Source: Alphaproteobacteria bacterium UBA3307 (GTDB taxonomy: Bacteria; Pseudomonadota; Alphaproteobacteria; RF32; CAG-239). Taken from it: DNA of 61,140 nt. The notes beneath the pieces were generated by a model. That model made no database searches, was not told where the DNA came from, and was given only the letters and a program-made list of their open reading frames with translations. Numbering within the stretch: position 1 is the stretch's first letter; the number at the start of each line of letters is the position of its first letter. The DNA lies in the NCBI GenBank assembly GCA_002361365.1, contig DEST01000115.1:1-61140 (forward strand), given 5' to 3'. This document shows positions 59,300 to 61,140 of the stretch, in pieces. The translations under genes and the position numbers were made by a program.

Positions 59300-59712
59300 T
59301 CCCGCTTGAGTGAATTGCTGACCAACACAGTTCCTCACCTGCCCCTCGCCCCGAGCCCCAGTTGTGCTCATTGGCAATGGTAGGAAAATAATTTTAGTAT
59401 TAACCGGTGCTATTGCGCCATAAAAGTTTAGGAAGCTATGCAGAAAAACAGAGGTAAGCCTTCAAAGCTCATTTTTCGGACAATACAGAATATCGACTGA
59501 TCCGGCCGCCGGGCGCCCCCGCAATCCTTGGTGATTTGACGGAGGGCAAGCCACAGACCGCAAAAACCAAAAAAGATGAGAATAAGAGACAAGCCTTTTT
59601 GCGAGGACTAGATAACCTCGCCGAGCGCAAGCCGTCACGGCCGCAAACAGCGCTCAAACATTCAAAAAAGTAAATAACCCAATGCCGCCACCAAGTTGTG
59701 AGCGGCTTTTTT
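59300..59712 (+). ncRNA. GC-rich non-coding island ending in an intrinsic terminator. Unassigned structured RNA or decayed element.
   Basis: GC-rich blocks (CACCTGCCCCTCGCCCCGAGCCCC, CCGGCCGCCGGGCGCCCCCGCAA, GCCGTCACGGCCGC) stand out from AT-rich surroundings. Terminator GCCGC-N13-GCGGC plus T6 at 59684..59712. No credible ORF. Confidence 0.3.
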
Positions 59713-60073
59713 GTATGTTTAAAAAAGATATTGGAAATAAAATTGTATATATTGAAAAAATTTAAAATTATTCAGGGGCGCAAAAATCAAGTTTGAACAT
59801 CACTAAAAAACATAAAATTCGCCAACAAAACAAAAAAAGGGACCGTCTGACCGTACCCTCTTACATTCAGACCGAACCGCTTATGTTAAGGTGGGCGCCA
59901 TATAACCGAACCACGATTCGGACAGAGACAGCTCCCTAAAAGATAATGTTGGCTCGAGAGACATGCGGTTAATACGCATCAGACAGTCTTACTTATCTAT
60001 GTTTTAAATATATATCAAAAAACTGATTTTTACAAGAAAAAAAACAAAAAATATCCGCCTTTTAGCCTAAAAA

Positions 60074-60889
60074 TTACATTAATTTAACTTTGGATTGCTT
60101 AATCATTTCTGCCAAAATTTGTCTCTTTTGCTCTTTATGTTTATGCAACAACTTTTGCACCACCGAAGATTTGGCATTGTCATAAGCGTTGTTACCATAA
60201 GCATCGCACAAATCTGTTCGCGCGCCATTCTTCAGTAAAAATTCCAGCATCTCCGTATCATAGACTTTTGTGGTTTCAGTAGAACTTTGCGGCTCATAAC
60301 TCTCTTTACCTGCCGCAACTTCTGCCAATGGAGTAGGCCCCGGATATGTTTTTTCATATTTATCATACAGCCTAAAAGATTCTCCTACGTGGTCATTGAT
60401 ATCAGCCCCGTGTTTAAGCTCGATTTTGACCATTTCAATATTTCCGGAACGAACAGCATAACGAAAAGATGACACCAAATTAAAATCCGCAGGGCGTTTA
60501 GTCGAAACTCCGTGTCCAAGCAGATATTCCAACATTTGCGGATTGTTATTGTCTATGGCATAAAATGCTGGGTCTTTACCATAAACATCATTGAGATTAA
60601 TATATGTTTTGCATCCGTTTTCTATCAATGCTTTAACCGCATCAAGACGCTTGCGCTCGGCGGCAAAATGCAACAAACTGCGTTCTTTATCCATATCAAA
60701 AGTATTGATATCCGCTCCCTGACGCACCAAATTCTTAATTTTTTTAGCGGCATTCTCATCCGGATTTTTAACCACAGCTATCAACTCTTTGGTAAGTGCG
60801 TTAATTCTGCTGCGTTCAGCTCTTTTTGCCTTAAATTCTTTTATACGGGTCAGCACTTTAGTAAGAGGATTAGCACTTGATTTGTTCAT
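60074..60889 (-). CDS. Ankyrin-repeat protein (271 aa from MNKS start), candidate secreted effector
   Basis: GGAG before the ATG at 60889. Repeats: SLLHFAAERKRLDAVKALIENG, AFYAIDNNNPQMLEYLLGHG, FRYAVRSGNIEMVKIELKHGADIN, EMLEFLLKNGARTD. Confidence 0.8.
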   Translation of the reverse strand: MNKSSANPLTKVLTRIKEFKAKRAERSRINALTKELIAVVKNPDENAAKKIKNLVRQGADINTFDMDKERSLLHFAAERKRLDAVKALIENGCKTYINLNDVYGKDPAFYAIDNNNPQMLEYLLGHGVSTKRPADFNLVSSFRYAVRSGNIEMVKIELKHGADINDHVGESFRLYDKYEKTYPGPTPLAEVAAGKESYEPQSSTETTKVYDTEMLEFLLKNGARTDLCDAYGNNAYDNAKSSVVQKLLHKHKEQKRQILAEMIKQSKVKLM

Positions 60890-60923
60890 CAAATATACTC
60901 CATATAGTATCAAATTGTGTTGT

Positions 60924-60952
60924 ATTGTACACCGATTCGCCTGTTTTGTCAA
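60924..60952 (-). promoter_or_regulatory. Near-consensus sigma70 promoter of the ankyrin gene
   Basis: The minus strand reads TTGACA-17 nt-TACAAT, about 35 bp upstream of the ATG at 60889. Confidence 0.6.
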
Positions 60953-61071
60953 CGTGGGAAAAACATAATTTTTGCTGTTTTTATAAAGATTCTTAAAACA
61001 ATTGTCCTTAATAAAACCGGTTATCCAGAGCTACCTCTTTTTCTGACGATGAGCCCGATGAACCCAAACAC

Positions 61072-61093
61072 AAAAAGCCACCTTTGCGGCGGC
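61072..61093 (-). terminator. Intrinsic terminator downstream of the tRNA
   Basis: The minus strand reads GCCGCC-gcaaa-GGTGGC (one G-U pair) followed by TTTTT. Confidence 0.6.
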
Positions 61094-61104
61094 TTCTTTG
61101 TATA

Positions 61105-61140
61105 TGGCGCGCTCTGGGCGATTCGAACGCCCGACCCACA
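61105..61140 (-). tRNA. tRNA gene, 3' part only (5' part beyond the right edge), isotype undetermined, CCA encoded
   Basis: The minus strand reads ...GGGCG-TTCGAAT-CGCCC-AGAGCGC-G-CCA: a canonical T-arm and T-loop, a 7-nt acceptor strand, the discriminator G and CCA. Confidence 0.8.

Noticed and set aside
59192-59657. Minus-strand ORFs 59192..59377 and 59469..59657
   Set aside because: They have no RBS and a biased Arg/Gly/Ser composition typical of reading through GC-rich non-coding sequence. They also overlap the predicted plus-strand terminator unit.
59290-59990. Attempted assignment as tmRNA (one-piece or permuted), RNase P RNA, SRP RNA or a cobalamin riboswitch
   Set aside because: None of the expected elements was found on either strand: a T-loop (UUCGAAU-type) followed by ACCA, an Ala-rich tag ORF, the GGAAAGUCC/ACAGAACCCGGC motifs, or the GGAA/AGCA SRP core. 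The B12-like matches are short and no regulated gene follows. The region is left as unassigned.
61105-61140. Assigning a tRNA isotype, or proposing an integration hotspot
   Set aside because: The anticodon lies outside the window. No integrase or duplicated tRNA 3' end is visible inside the window.

Overview
AT-rich bacterial chromosomal window (GC judged by eye, not computed). It probably comes from a host-associated alphaproteobacterium of Rickettsiales/Holosporales type. Support for that: a 41-aa alpha-type L36, an rvh-like T4SS gene order with duplicated virB8 and multiple virB2, and an ankyrin-repeat protein.

Three blocks:
1. 1-17.1 kb, minus strand. One long, tightly packed type IV secretion operon: three virB2-like pilin paralogs, a secreted 149-aa ORF, virB3, virB4, five consecutive Sec-signal coiled-coil/low-complexity proteins (321 to 1491 aa), virB8, a VirB7-position lipoprotein, a second virB8, and virB9, which runs off the left edge. 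No polytopic VirB6/TrbL-like ORF is visible. The five-gene block sits exactly where VirB5/VirB6 genes normally lie. This is the most unusual thing in the window.
2. 17.4-35 kb. A type IVb pilus assembly operon diverges from the T4SS operon. Its order matches R64 pilL-N-O-P-Q-R: TcpQ/PilL-like lipoprotein, lipoprotein secretin, PilO-like, PilP-like, ATPase, platform protein. It is followed by a pilin-like ORF, a lipoprotein, comM, an 883-aa Cys-rich mosaic protein with an apparently dead trypsin-like domain, two prepilins with an atypical G|RSMIE site, and a convergent PilT-like ATPase.
3. 35-61 kb. Mostly housekeeping genes: two MsbA-like ABC exporters, a GT2-TagF fusion, an LD-carboxypeptidase, queH, uvrA, a LivJ-like binding protein, rpmJ, ettA, a GST, a ParA-like/J-domain pair, tgt, a LOG-family protein and fba. 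This block also holds a greA/glycosyltransferase deletion scar, three unassigned structured-RNA candidates, an ankyrin-repeat protein and a partial tRNA at the right edge.

No transposase, integrase, relaxase, CRISPR array or rRNA was seen. All family assignments come from reading motifs by eye and need HMM or structure searches.
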